DNA from: an uncultured Flavobacteriaceae bacterium
GTDB taxonomy: Bacteria > Bacteroidota > Bacteroidia > Flavobacteriales > Flavobacteriaceae
Reading direction: 5' to 3'
NCBI GenBank assembly: GCA_964490235.1
Contig: CAZBCH010000302.1
Location: 1-46,843, forward strand
Length of the DNA stretch: 46,843 bases
Each line of letters begins with the position of its first letter. The first letter of the stretch is position 1. Positions 9,775-19,022 of the stretch are shown here, one piece after another. The position numbers were made by a program, and so were the translations under genes. Under the pieces are notes generated by a model. It saw nothing but the letters and a program-made list of their open reading frames with translations. It did no database searches and was not told where the DNA came from.

Positions 9775-11208
9775 CTAAAACTGGAAGTATATAAAATCTT
9801 GATGATTTGAATAAACACCTAAAGTAAGCAACATAAGTATAATACTAGCAATTTTTAGCCATTTCCATTTTCCATAAAATGGATGTTCTTTATCTCTATG
9901 GAACCATTCATACGTTATTAATACAAATAATATCAAAAGCATTTCGATACTATAACGTTCAATATTTAAATACTGAATATCAAAGCCAGATGTAGCAAAT
10001 GTACGTTTCAAGTAATCAAAAGCTTCTGTAATAGTTGAGGCTCTGAAAAACACCCATGCCACACATGCTAGTAAAAAGGTTACTATCATTTGAGCTACTT
10101 CCTTAAAACTAGGTAAAATTCGGTTCTCACTTACTTGATTTAAATGATTCCTATTTCTATTTAATAATAAAACTGGAACAAAAAATAAAGCATGTAAAAA
10201 GCCCCAAAACACAAAGGTCCAATTTGCACCATGCCAAAAACCGCTTACTAAAAAAATGATCATCACATTTCTTAATTGCAACCATTTACTTCCTCTGGAA
10301 CCACCTAGCGGAATATATAAATAATCTCTAAACCAAGTAGATAATGAAATATGCCAGCGTCTCCAGAATTCGGCCATATCTCTAGAGAAATAAGGATAAT
10401 TAAAGTTACGCATCAAGTCAAATCCTAGCAACCTTGCTGTACCTATCGCTATATTTGAATATCCAGCAAAATCTCCATAAATCTGAAAAGCAAAATAAAC
10501 CGCTCCTAGTATGAGACTCAAGCTGTTCATGTTCTCATAATTATCAAATATGCTGTTTACGTAAGGTGCACAGCTATCAGCAATCACGATTTTTTGAAAA
10601 AGTCCCCAAATAATCAAATGGATACCAGAAATCGCTAGCTCTTCATTAAACACCCTTTTCTTAGAAAACTGAGGCAATAAGTTAGTAGCACGTTCTATCG
10701 GACCTGCCACCAATTGTGGGAAAAACGCAACATAAGCTGCAAAATTGATAAAGTTTTTAGAGGGTTCTAGTTTTTCTCTATACACGTCTATGGTATAACT
10801 TAACGTTTGAAAGGTATAAAATGAAATACCTACTGGTAATATGATGTTAAGCGTACTTTTATGCATTTCTATACCTAAAGCGCTAAATGCATCTACCCAA
10901 GAATCAATAAAGAATCCGTAGTATTTAAAAAATCCTAGCAGCCCTAAATTGATAGTAAGCGAAGTAAACAATAGTAGTTTCTTTCTGTTTGCAGATTGTG
11001 TCTTACCCATTAATATGGCAATAGAATAATCTACTACAGTACTAAAGGCGATTAAAGCAAGAAATCGATAATCCCACCATCCATAAAAAAAATAGCTAGC
11101 CAAAAGAATAAAGGCATTCTGTAATTTAAGATTTCTTTGCACTACAAACCAGTATATTATAAAACATACTGGTAGAAATAGAAGAAATTCAATAGAATTA
11201 AATAGCAT
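9775..11208 (-). CDS. MBOAT O-acyltransferase (AlgI/DltB-like); start moved to MLFNS
   Basis: LPVGISFYTFQ, FWRRWHISLSTWFRDY and SGFWHGA motifs. A start at 11208 removes the overlap with the upstream gene. Confidence 0.92.
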   Translation of the reverse strand: MLFNSIEFLLFLPVCFIIYWFVVQRNLKLQNAFILLASYFFYGWWDYRFLALIAFSTVVDYSIAILMGKTQSANRKKLLLFTSLTINLGLLGFFKYYGFFIDSWVDAFSALGIEMHKSTLNIILPVGISFYTFQTLSYTIDVYREKLEPSKNFINFAAYVAFFPQLVAGPIERATNLLPQFSKKRVFNEELAISGIHLIIWGLFQKIVIADSCAPYVNSIFDNYENMNSLSLILGAVYFAFQIYGDFAGYSNIAIGTARLLGFDLMRNFNYPYFSRDMAEFWRRWHISLSTWFRDYLYIPLGGSRGSKWLQLRNVMIIFLVSGFWHGANWTFVFWGFLHALFFVPVLLLNRNRNHLNQVSENRILPSFKEVAQMIVTFLLACVAWVFFRASTITEAFDYLKRTFATSGFDIQYLNIERYSIEMLLILFVLITYEWFHRDKEHPFYGKWKWLKIASIILMLLTLGVYSNHQDFIYFQF

Positions 11209-11209
11209 T

Positions 11210-12613
11210 CTATTGAATTTTTTGAATACCTTCCCAAATACGCTCACTAGCTTTTTCAGGTGATTCTGGTTTGTTTATGATACCATACCACGATTTGCAA
11301 ACTGGTACTGGATCAACTACTTTTTCTAAAAGCTGTTGAATACCTGTACAAATATCTTCCTTTTTATGCGCCCAAACCACAGCATCGCTTGGCATGGTTC
11401 TAAAATGGACGTACTTGTAATTTTGTCCTATGTCTCTTATCCCTTTTTTTAGTTCCGGTTGCTCATAATTTGGGTAAATAGTAGGCTTATCGTGCGCCAC
11501 AAAATCAAACACCATACTAGAGCAAATATTGACTACCAGCTCGCAGTGATGACATGTGTTCACTAATAAAGCAAAGTCTTCTTTAGTAGGCATCACTTGG
11601 TTCCACTGCTCGCCCATAGGTTTCCATAAAGGCTTTATCGTGGAAATGATGTCATCATATTCATCCAGCACCTCACGATATCTATCAGAATGATCTACAG
11701 GAACCGGACGGAAAATAATCCCTATGTTATATCCACGATCATTTAGTTTTTGAACAGCCTCAGCGGTATCTTTAAGATACAAATGATCTAATGGTGAAGT
11801 AGTCGTATCATCACCAGAAAAACAGATGTAATCCTTTTTTTCATCTAGACCATGCTGTTCACAATAACGTTTCCGCGAAAGCAATATAGAATTATCATAA
11901 TGAGGCTCAAATTGAGGTGTCCCAGTAACAAAGATTTGTTCTTCTCTGGTTTTAGGATAATATTCTAGCAGTTGCGATTTCATCAATTCTGACCAGACAA
12001 AATAATAATCAGTTTCAATGGTGGTCATTCCTTTTGGAAGATTATCCCAACTGTAAATCCAGCAAGCGGTTTTAATTCCTAAATCTTGAGCCGCAAGTAT
12101 AGGTGCGATGGCTTGTGTCGCTCGTTGTGTGGTACAAAATACCAAATCTGGCCGGTGCTCTTCTAGCTGTGCTTTCACTTCTTGATACCGTTGTGTAGAA
12201 CGTTCGGCAGCATTCATTTGATCCATCAAGCGTTGCCAGCCTTCTGGTGTAGCGCTAAAGGTTTCATGAAACTTTACAAATGAACTTTTAGCGATATTCT
12301 TTAAGTTGTTCCACCTCAAAGGAAATCTATAGGTAGGATACACCTTATCCTTAGTCCGCTTTCGCGAAAGCGATAACTCCACTCTTTTACGAGCATGATT
12401 GATTACCGGTGTTTTAGGATGTATTCTAGTACTTTCTATTTTTAATTCTGGATAGCCCAATTCCTTCTCTAAGGAGAAAACAGTATTATTCCAGTAGGTA
12501 ATATCAAAGCCTTGTTGCTCACCAATTTCTTTAAATTGAGTAAACGCAAAATTGCGCAGTCCTACACCATCTGGGAAGAGGATGAATACTTTGGATTTGA
12601 TATTTTTAATCAT
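11210..12613 (-). CDS. GT-B-fold glycosyltransferase, candidate nonulosonate transferase
   Basis: YSWDNLPK and TGTPQFEPH motifs; adjacent to neuB/neuA. Substrate is inferred from context only. Confidence 0.6.
   Translation of the reverse strand: MIKNIKSKVFILFPDGVGLRNFAFTQFKEIGEQQGFDITYWNNTVFSLEKELGYPELKIESTRIHPKTPVINHARKRVELSLSRKRTKDKVYPTYRFPLRWNNLKNIAKSSFVKFHETFSATPEGWQRLMDQMNAAERSTQRYQEVKAQLEEHRPDLVFCTTQRATQAIAPILAAQDLGIKTACWIYSWDNLPKGMTTIETDYYFVWSELMKSQLLEYYPKTREEQIFVTGTPQFEPHYDNSILLSRKRYCEQHGLDEKKDYICFSGDDTTTSPLDHLYLKDTAEAVQKLNDRGYNIGIIFRPVPVDHSDRYREVLDEYDDIISTIKPLWKPMGEQWNQVMPTKEDFALLVNTCHHCELVVNICSSMVFDFVAHDKPTIYPNYEQPELKKGIRDIGQNYKYVHFRTMPSDAVVWAHKKEDICTGIQQLLEKVVDPVPVCKSWYGIINKPESPEKASERIWEGIQKIQ
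11868..11883. repeat. 16-bp palindrome, degenerate 13/16, intragenic (still encodes LSRKR)
   Basis: cgtttccgcgaaagca. Confidence 0.7.
12357..12372. repeat. 16-bp palindrome, perfect, intragenic (encodes LSRKR)
   Basis: cgctttcgcgaaagcg. Confidence 0.95.
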
Positions 12614-12635
12614 ATAAGCAAATATTATATAAAAT

Positions 12636-12741
12636 TGTCATACCGAGCTTACCGAAGTAGAGTTTAAATCAGAGAACTGCTGAAATATCAAATCTTTCTT
12701 AATAAGACTGTATGGATTACATCGAAGTGCTCGAACTGATA
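12636..12741. repeat. Degenerate inverted REP-like pair
   Basis: tgtcataccgagcttaccgaagta (12636-12659) versus the reverse complement of 12718-12741, tatcagttcgagcacttcgatgta. Confidence 0.55.
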
Positions 12742-12775
12742 TCACATTTTAAGTTTAAGTTTTAAAATAATAATT

Positions 12776-12854
12776 ATTCACAACTCACAACTAATCAACT
12801 CAAAGACTCACCAACTCAAAGCTCAAAGCTCAACAACTCAAAGACTCACCGACT
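12776..12854. repeat. Degenerate 7-8-mer tandem array (ACTCAAAG/ACTCACCA-type, about 10 units)
   Basis: attcaca actcaca actaatca actcaaag actcacca actcaaa gctcaaa gctcaaca actcaaag actcaccg, abutting the neuB stop codon. Confidence 0.85.
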
Positions 12855-13725
12855 ATTTCCTATACTTCAACTTATCACGTTGCACTTGCTCGATAGGTAA
12901 GATGTCTGTCGCTTTATAATCTAATGCTTGATAAACGGCTTTTAAATCACGAGCCAGTTTTCGCATTCCGGCTGGTTCTAAAGAGGCACTGTGATCTGTA
13001 CCTTTCCAAGTACGATCAAGTGTGTAATGACGTTCTACCACATTTGCTCCTAGTGTATAAGCCGCAACATCTACAGCAATTCCTAAATGATGACCTGAAA
13101 ATCCAATCGTTTTAACACGATCACCATATTTATCAATCATTGTTGTTATTTCTAATAAACACACGTCTGGAAATGGCACTGGATATCCTGAGGTACAGTT
13201 GTATAGAACAAGATCTTTTGCACGATGATGATTTTCAAAAAACGCTACGAGTTCTTCCACCTCATCCTTAGTAGTCATTCCAGTAGAACAGTGAATTTCT
13301 CCTTTATAGTTCTCACATAACCAGCCTAGCATCTCATAATGATTATTACAAGCACTAGGGATTTTAATAAATTCAGGATTCAAACCTGCAATTTCTTTAG
13401 CACTTGTTAGATCCCAAACACTTGTGGAATAAGTAATGCCTACTTCTTCACAATAGGCTTTTAACTCTGCATGCTGATTCACATCAAATTCTAAGAATTC
13501 TCTATGCGCTCCATACGTATCACCATAAGAGTTTACAGGATTAGGATGCGGTGCCTCGTATTGCTCTTTAGTCAGGAGCTCAATGTTATGACGTTTTTGA
13601 AACTTTACGGCATCTACTTTACAGAATATTGCCGCTACTTTGATTAGTTCTTTAGCAATCTCCATGTCGCCTTTGTGATTACCACCTATCTCTGCGATAA
13701 CATAGGGCGCTTTATATTTACTCAT
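12853..13725 (-). CDS. neuB: NeuB-family nonulosonic acid(-9-phosphate) synthase
   Basis: IAEIGGNHKGD, VKFQKR, GFSGH, ERHYTLDR and TDHSASLEP motifs; 290 aa, apparently without the C-terminal SAF domain. Confidence 0.88.
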   Translation of the reverse strand: MSKYKAPYVIAEIGGNHKGDMEIAKELIKVAAIFCKVDAVKFQKRHNIELLTKEQYEAPHPNPVNSYGDTYGAHREFLEFDVNQHAELKAYCEEVGITYSTSVWDLTSAKEIAGLNPEFIKIPSACNNHYEMLGWLCENYKGEIHCSTGMTTKDEVEELVAFFENHHRAKDLVLYNCTSGYPVPFPDVCLLEITTMIDKYGDRVKTIGFSGHHLGIAVDVAAYTLGANVVERHYTLDRTWKGTDHSASLEPAGMRKLARDLKAVYQALDYKATDILPIEQVQRDKLKYRK

Positions 13726-14881
13726 AACGGTTATTGTATTTTATAATAAATTCTGTAGCCTCACGTATGGCACCTTCGGCACTATTGTTTTGCAGGATAA
13801 CATCTGCATGATTTTTTATAGGTTGTGTAGCGTTTGCTGGAGTAAATGACCAACCTGCGGCACAAATATTTGCCATATCATTAACGTCATCACCTATGTA
13901 GGCGATATTGGAAAACGATAAATTTCTATCTGTTACAATTCTAGAAAGCAAACTGTATTTATCCTTAACACCTAAATAGACATCATTAATTTTTAGCTTT
14001 TTCATTCGGCTCGCGACGATTTGTGAATCTTCAGAAGTCATGACCATTACTTCTACTCCATACTGACGTAGGATTTCTAATCCCATGCCATCGCGCATGT
14101 CAAATTTTTTCATCATTTCGCCATCAGCTCCATAATAAATGCAACCATCAGTAAAAACGCCATCTACATCTAGAATAAGGTGAGTAATTTTTTCACTTTC
14201 TTTCTTTGATTTTAAACGAGCAGCTAGTAATTCTTCAACTATTTTCCAGTCTGTTAAGGTATCTATCTCTGTAAGACTATCCTCAGGCATAAGGACTGTT
14301 GCTATATTACCGCTTATTCTATTTTGGCTTTCGCGTAAAGCAGAATCAGTAGTTACATAACAAGCGCCATTTTCAATTAATAAACCTTCAAAATCCTGTC
14401 TGCGCGGTCTGTTGAAGATATCATAGTTTTTAGGCGTTCCATCGGCATGCCAAGTGAATCGATGCGTGTTTACTACAGTCAGTGCACTATCATAATTTTC
14501 ACCATCGGTAACTGCTTCTAAACAATTATTAATATCTACAGCGGTTGTAAATGGCGAAGTCGCTTGAAGTAAGCAGAATAAATCAAAGTTTGATTCGTGC
14601 TTGTTTACAAATTCCATTATAGCCATTTCTGTACTTGCAGTATCTGAAGCGCTGGCATCACTTCTTCTCACCGCATGAACCTTATCGGTCCAGTGGTATT
14701 CCTTTTCTATAAAATTGAGAATATCTTGATCATCTGTATAAACGTAAATTTCGTCTAGATGTGATGCAATAGCTTCACCCAGTGCCCAACAAAATAGCGG
14801 TCTTCCTAAAAGCTTCTTTTTGTTTTTACCAGGAATGCCTTTTGAACCTGCGCGTAATGGTATAAATCCTATGGATTTCAT
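13718..14881 (-). CDS. neuA: CMP-nonulosonate synthetase fused to a KdsC-type HAD phosphatase
   Basis: IPLRAGSKGIPGKN, LQATSP and EIDT motifs, then LDVDGVFTDG and YIGDDVND. Confidence 0.9.
   Translation of the reverse strand: MKSIGFIPLRAGSKGIPGKNKKKLLGRPLFCWALGEAIASHLDEIYVYTDDQDILNFIEKEYHWTDKVHAVRRSDASASDTASTEMAIMEFVNKHESNFDLFCLLQATSPFTTAVDINNCLEAVTDGENYDSALTVVNTHRFTWHADGTPKNYDIFNRPRRQDFEGLLIENGACYVTTDSALRESQNRISGNIATVLMPEDSLTEIDTLTDWKIVEELLAARLKSKKESEKITHLILDVDGVFTDGCIYYGADGEMMKKFDMRDGMGLEILRQYGVEVMVMTSEDSQIVASRMKKLKINDVYLGVKDKYSLLSRIVTDRNLSFSNIAYIGDDVNDMANICAAGWSFTPANATQPIKNHADVILQNNSAEGAIREATEFIIKYNNRYE
14327..14341. repeat. Degenerate 16-bp palindrome, intragenic (encodes ALRES)
   Basis: gctttcgcg[t]aaagc, the palindrome core with one extra base. 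Confidence 0.55.
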
Positions 14882-14897
14882 AAAAATAATTAGAATG

Positions 14898-14905
14898 CAA
14901 AAATA
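14898..14905 (-). promoter_or_regulatory. Bacteroidota sigma-A -7 element upstream of neuA
   Basis: TATTTTTG(C) matches TAnnTTTG, 16 nt before the ATG. Confidence 0.55.
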
Positions 14906-14961
14906 AGTAAACTATTCAACAACATATCTTATGAAAGCTCATGGAATACTATTTAAATATG

Positions 14962-15843
14962 CTATTGATAAAATGGTGCCTTTAATGATCTAAATCTTTT
15001 TATGGAACTATTTTCAACCGGTTTTCTATAAGCCCACGTTTCTGGTAAGGAAATAAGAATCGTAAAAATTGCTTTTAGAAATCGCCACAAGTAGGTAAAG
15101 TCAGTAATGGCGTACTTTTTAAAATTATGAAACAACGCTCTAACTATGAAGTAAATAGGCTTTTTATAATATACTAAGTAAAACTTAACCACATTGACCA
15201 GCTGCTTTTCAAACCTAAAATAGTTTTTATTCTCTAATGTTCTTTTTACTACATCTTTACGATGATTCACCATAATAGAAAAATCATAAATGATATCATA
15301 TCCTAGATCGATAACCTCTAGAGAAAGAGCACTTTCTTCTCCATAAATATCCATCCAGACAGGAAACCCATCGGTTTGTTGATAAACCTCTTTCCTAATA
15401 GCAAAACCACATCCTACAAATTCACTGGCGTGAAAAGGAATGCCTTCTCGTGCAGTTTTCAATGCAACAAGATCGTTCTCAAATATACCTCGCACTTCTT
15501 GAAAAGCGATGATGGCTGTTTTTTCGCTTTCGCGAAAGCGAGACAATACTCGTTCTATAAAATGATCTCCTATAGGATGTGCATCGTCATCTAGCCCTAT
15601 CCAGATCATACCTGTTGCATGTTGATACAATTGATTTCTCGCTGGAGACGCCCCTAAATGGTTTTGTGATCTATACCATTTTACCCATTGAAAATGTGAA
15701 ACAATTTGTTCTGTATCAGGACAAGCATCTATAAAAACAAGAACTTCATGAATTTCTGGTTGAATAAGCTGTTTTAATTTATTTAAAGTGAAGCTTAATT
15801 CTTCAGGCCGGTGACGTGTCACGATAAGAAATGAAATTTTCAT
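14962..15843 (-). CDS. GT2 glycosyltransferase
   Basis: GASPARN, LDDDA and YGEE motifs. Confidence 0.85.
   Translation of the reverse strand: MKISFLIVTRHRPEELSFTLNKLKQLIQPEIHEVLVFIDACPDTEQIVSHFQWVKWYRSQNHLGASPARNQLYQHATGMIWIGLDDDAHPIGDHFIERVLSRFRESEKTAIIAFQEVRGIFENDLVALKTAREGIPFHASEFVGCGFAIRKEVYQQTDGFPVWMDIYGEESALSLEVIDLGYDIIYDFSIMVNHRKDVVKRTLENKNYFRFEKQLVNVVKFYLVYYKKPIYFIVRALFHNFKKYAITDFTYLWRFLKAIFTILISLPETWAYRKPVENSSIKRFRSLKAPFYQ
15525..15540. repeat. 16-bp palindrome, perfect, intragenic (encodes RFRES)
   Basis: cgctttcgcgaaagcg. Confidence 0.95.
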
Positions 15844-15852
15844 ATGAAATTC

Positions 15853-16998
15853 TTAAACCCTTTTAACCTGTCGATACAGTTCTATTATTTGAGAGCGCAA
15901 GGTAGTACGATTATAATTCTTAGCAATAAAGTCAATGTTATATTCTTGAGCAGCCATACGCAATGAAGTATTACCAAGACTTTCTGTAATAAGTTGCGCT
16001 ATCTTTTCATGATCATTCACCTCTTCAATTAGAAATCCATTTTTACCATGCACGATCACTTCTTCTGTAACATTTCCTGGATTAGATTGTATAGGGAATG
16101 CACCCATGGACATGGCTTCTAATAAAGCGTTAGGCATGCCGTCAGAATTACTATTAGCTATATGAATAGCGGCGTTTCCCATGTAGTGAAGCAATTCTTT
16201 ATTAGGCACATTTTCAGTACGTGGCACAATTTGATAGGCTAGCTTTGTTAAAATCTCACTTTTAAGCAGGTATGTAATCACGGCATCATCAGCACTGTAA
16301 ATAAAAATTTTAAAGGACTTTAGTAGTTCTTGTGGTACTAATTCTAGCGCTTTTATTACAGGCAGTGCTTTACCTATAGCACTTTCATAGCCTTTTATAA
16401 GAATATAATCTCTTTGATCTACTGGCAATCGATGTTTGTCTGATATCTCAAGTCCACCATTACCAGGAAAAACTCCTAAATGTATATTTTGAAAACCTAA
16501 GTCCTTAGCTATTCCAGCATCTCTATGACAATCGGTGATAAGATAATCTACTCTGGTTAAGAATGCGGTAGCTTGCTCTTTGCGTATTTCTAAAACACCC
16601 AGATCATAGAGGTCTGTTCCCCAAGAAGAATAGATCAATGGCAAAGAATTCTCTTGCATGACAGGAAGAATTTTAAGCCCAGATAGTTTCATTTCAAAAC
16701 AATGTACAATATCTGGTTGAATATCTTGTAGCGCTTTTTCAAATGCACTAGCAACAGACACATCATAACGTTTTACCAGCGTGTGATACAACTTAGGAAA
16801 TTTGCTTTTAACTAACGTGCGACCACGTTTTTTTAAAAATCCCTTTTTCCAATCGGTAATTTGATGCATGAAAGATAAGGACGTAGCTGCTCCTTGATCT
16901 AATACATCAAACCAGTACAAATCCATACCATCGCTAGCAACTTGCTGTGCCCATCTTTTAAAATGATGGTTGTTCATGGAGACGAATAGGATTTTCAA
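15853..16998 (-). CDS. GT4 glycosyltransferase
   Basis: SDGMPNALLEAM motif. Confidence 0.85.
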   Translation of the reverse strand: MKILFVSMNNHHFKRWAQQVASDGMDLYWFDVLDQGAATSLSFMHQITDWKKGFLKKRGRTLVKSKFPKLYHTLVKRYDVSVASAFEKALQDIQPDIVHCFEMKLSGLKILPVMQENSLPLIYSSWGTDLYDLGVLEIRKEQATAFLTRVDYLITDCHRDAGIAKDLGFQNIHLGVFPGNGGLEISDKHRLPVDQRDYILIKGYESAIGKALPVIKALELVPQELLKSFKIFIYSADDAVITYLLKSEILTKLAYQIVPRTENVPNKELLHYMGNAAIHIANSNSDGMPNALLEAMSMGAFPIQSNPGNVTEEVIVHGKNGFLIEEVNDHEKIAQLITESLGNTSLRMAAQEYNIDFIAKNYNRTTLRSQIIELYRQVKRV

Positions 16999-18158
16999 TT
17001 TATTAGGTTTTTAATTTGCTCTTGATACTGAGAAGCAATTACGTTAAAGCTGTATTTTTTAATATAGTGTTTTCGATTTTCTTCTTTTAGTTCAAGCAAG
17101 GTGTTACGATCCATACTCTCAATTTTTTCTAGAACATCTAGTAACGATTGTTCTTTCTTTATATCAAACCAAAAACTATTTCTACCATCCTTTAATCGAT
17201 CTGGCATAGCACCAACTCTGGTGGAAACAATCAACTTACCAGCCGCCATTGCTTCAATACCTACTAAGGGTCCTGCTTCTTCAAATGATGGGATGATCAA
17301 TACGTCTATTTTATTAAAAAATAGATAAATATCTTCTGGCTTTAATTCTCCCAAATAAGTAAATAAAGCATTTGACAAGCAGTAATTCTCTACTTGAGAT
17401 TTGAAAGGACCATTTCCAGCAATTACTAAATGCTTATTATTCTTATTGAATATTTGAAGTATTTCTAAAATGCCTTTTTCTTTTCCGAAGCGTCCTAAAA
17501 AGCCATAAACTAAATCTTTTCCCTGTAGTCCTAGTTTTATAGTTAAAAGTTTAGATTCACTCAAAGAAGCCTGATCTATAATTGACGTTTTTAAACTTGA
17601 TGAAGTATCGATAGCTATTTTATTTGCAGTAGAATGAACTAAAAATATATGTTTATTATAAATCTTTTCAGATAAGAAACTTGGCAAAAACTTAATTGTA
17701 CCTGTTGTCCTTATCATTAAAGGTTTACTATTTGAATTACAAATATTTATTACCTCTTTCAACCATTTAGAAGTCAATTCACCAGAATATATGATGATAT
17801 CACTTTCAATCATTTTTTTTGTGATACAGGTCTCGATCTTCTGTTCAAAATTGACATATTTATTAGTTATAAAATTAGAAATAAAATAATCAGCAGATTC
17901 CTTTCTATTGTTATAGTGTTTAGCTAACCAACTTGATGCTCTAATTAACAAATTACCTTTGTAAATTAAACGCTGTACTGAACTCCATTGAAAATTATTA
18001 TGCTTGATAATAGCATCTGATTTGGCACCAATTGATATCGTTGAAATAAGTTCAACTTTATATCGATTAACTAAGAATTTAGAAATAAGCTGTACCTCTA
18101 CTTCCCTTCCCCCAAAGTCAGAAACAGGACCTATTATTAATATTTTTTTGTTAGTCAA
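16995..18158 (-). CDS. GT4 glycosyltransferase
   Basis: GGRE, GRFGKEKG and PSFEEAGPLVGIEAM motifs. Confidence 0.88.
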   Translation of the reverse strand: MTNKKILIIGPVSDFGGREVEVQLISKFLVNRYKVELISTISIGAKSDAIIKHNNFQWSSVQRLIYKGNLLIRASSWLAKHYNNRKESADYFISNFITNKYVNFEQKIETCITKKMIESDIIIYSGELTSKWLKEVINICNSNSKPLMIRTTGTIKFLPSFLSEKIYNKHIFLVHSTANKIAIDTSSSLKTSIIDQASLSESKLLTIKLGLQGKDLVYGFLGRFGKEKGILEILQIFNKNNKHLVIAGNGPFKSQVENYCLSNALFTYLGELKPEDIYLFFNKIDVLIIPSFEEAGPLVGIEAMAAGKLIVSTRVGAMPDRLKDGRNSFWFDIKKEQSLLDVLEKIESMDRNTLLELKEENRKHYIKKYSFNVIASQYQEQIKNLIN

Positions 18159-18175
18159 AACCTTAGCTTGAAGAA

Positions 18176-19021
18176 TTAATTATTTGTCTTTTTTCGGTTA
18201 AATAAATAACTCAATATAATTGAGATCCATTTAATCACTTTCATACTATACTTAGAATTAACAATATCTATCAGCTCATTAGGTAATTTTACCTGTCTAT
18301 TTTGTAAATATTTATATTCCTCATAATCGTCTATAAAAGCTTTAAAAGACTCATTTAAAACTTGAGATCTCTCTCTTTGAATAACTTTTTTATGTGAATC
18401 AGAAGCTGACAAACCGTCTAAATAAAAAGTAGCCATAACTATAGGACAATATTTATAACTAACTTGTTTTAGACAAACCACTCTTACGAAAAATTCCCAA
18501 TCTGAAATAATTTGAAAGTCTTCCCTATATTTTCCATATTTTAAAAATAATTCTCTCTTAATTAATGTACTGGGATGTCCCAGTGATTTATATAAAAAAA
18601 AACTAAAGGACAGCTTTTCAGGATAGCTTATAATATTTTTAGGCGTACTTAAGAAATTTTCTTTAGTATATAGATCACCATATATTATATCATAATTTTT
18701 ATTGATTATGTTTAAAATAGCTTTGTTGTACTTCATGGGAGTCAATTCATCACCAGAATTAACAAATAAAACATATTTACTTGTTGCTCGATCGATTCCT
18801 TTATTCATTGCATTATAAATCCCAGAATCTTTCTCAATAATTATTAGGTCTATATAACTCTCATATGTGTTTATAATGGTTGCACTATTATCTATAGAGC
18901 AGCCGTCTATTACTATATATTGAGAAATATAATCCCTATTTCGAATCACACTGTTAATAGTCCGATCTAATCCTATAGCATTATTTAGATTGATAGTAAT
19001 AATCGTCAAGGGTAAAGTCAT
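18176..19021 (-). CDS. GT2 glycosyltransferase (WfgS/WcaE-like); start moved to MTLPL
   Basis: DSGIYNAMNKG, FVNSGD, HPS and SDW motifs; ATG lies just after the upstream stop. Confidence 0.88.
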   Translation of the reverse strand: MTLPLTIITINLNNAIGLDRTINSVIRNRDYISQYIVIDGCSIDNSATIINTYESYIDLIIIEKDSGIYNAMNKGIDRATSKYVLFVNSGDELTPMKYNKAILNIINKNYDIIYGDLYTKENFLSTPKNIISYPEKLSFSFFLYKSLGHPSTLIKRELFLKYGKYREDFQIISDWEFFVRVVCLKQVSYKYCPIVMATFYLDGLSASDSHKKVIQRERSQVLNESFKAFIDDYEEYKYLQNRQVKLPNELIDIVNSKYSMKVIKWISIILSYLFNRKKTNN

Positions 19022-19022
19022 A

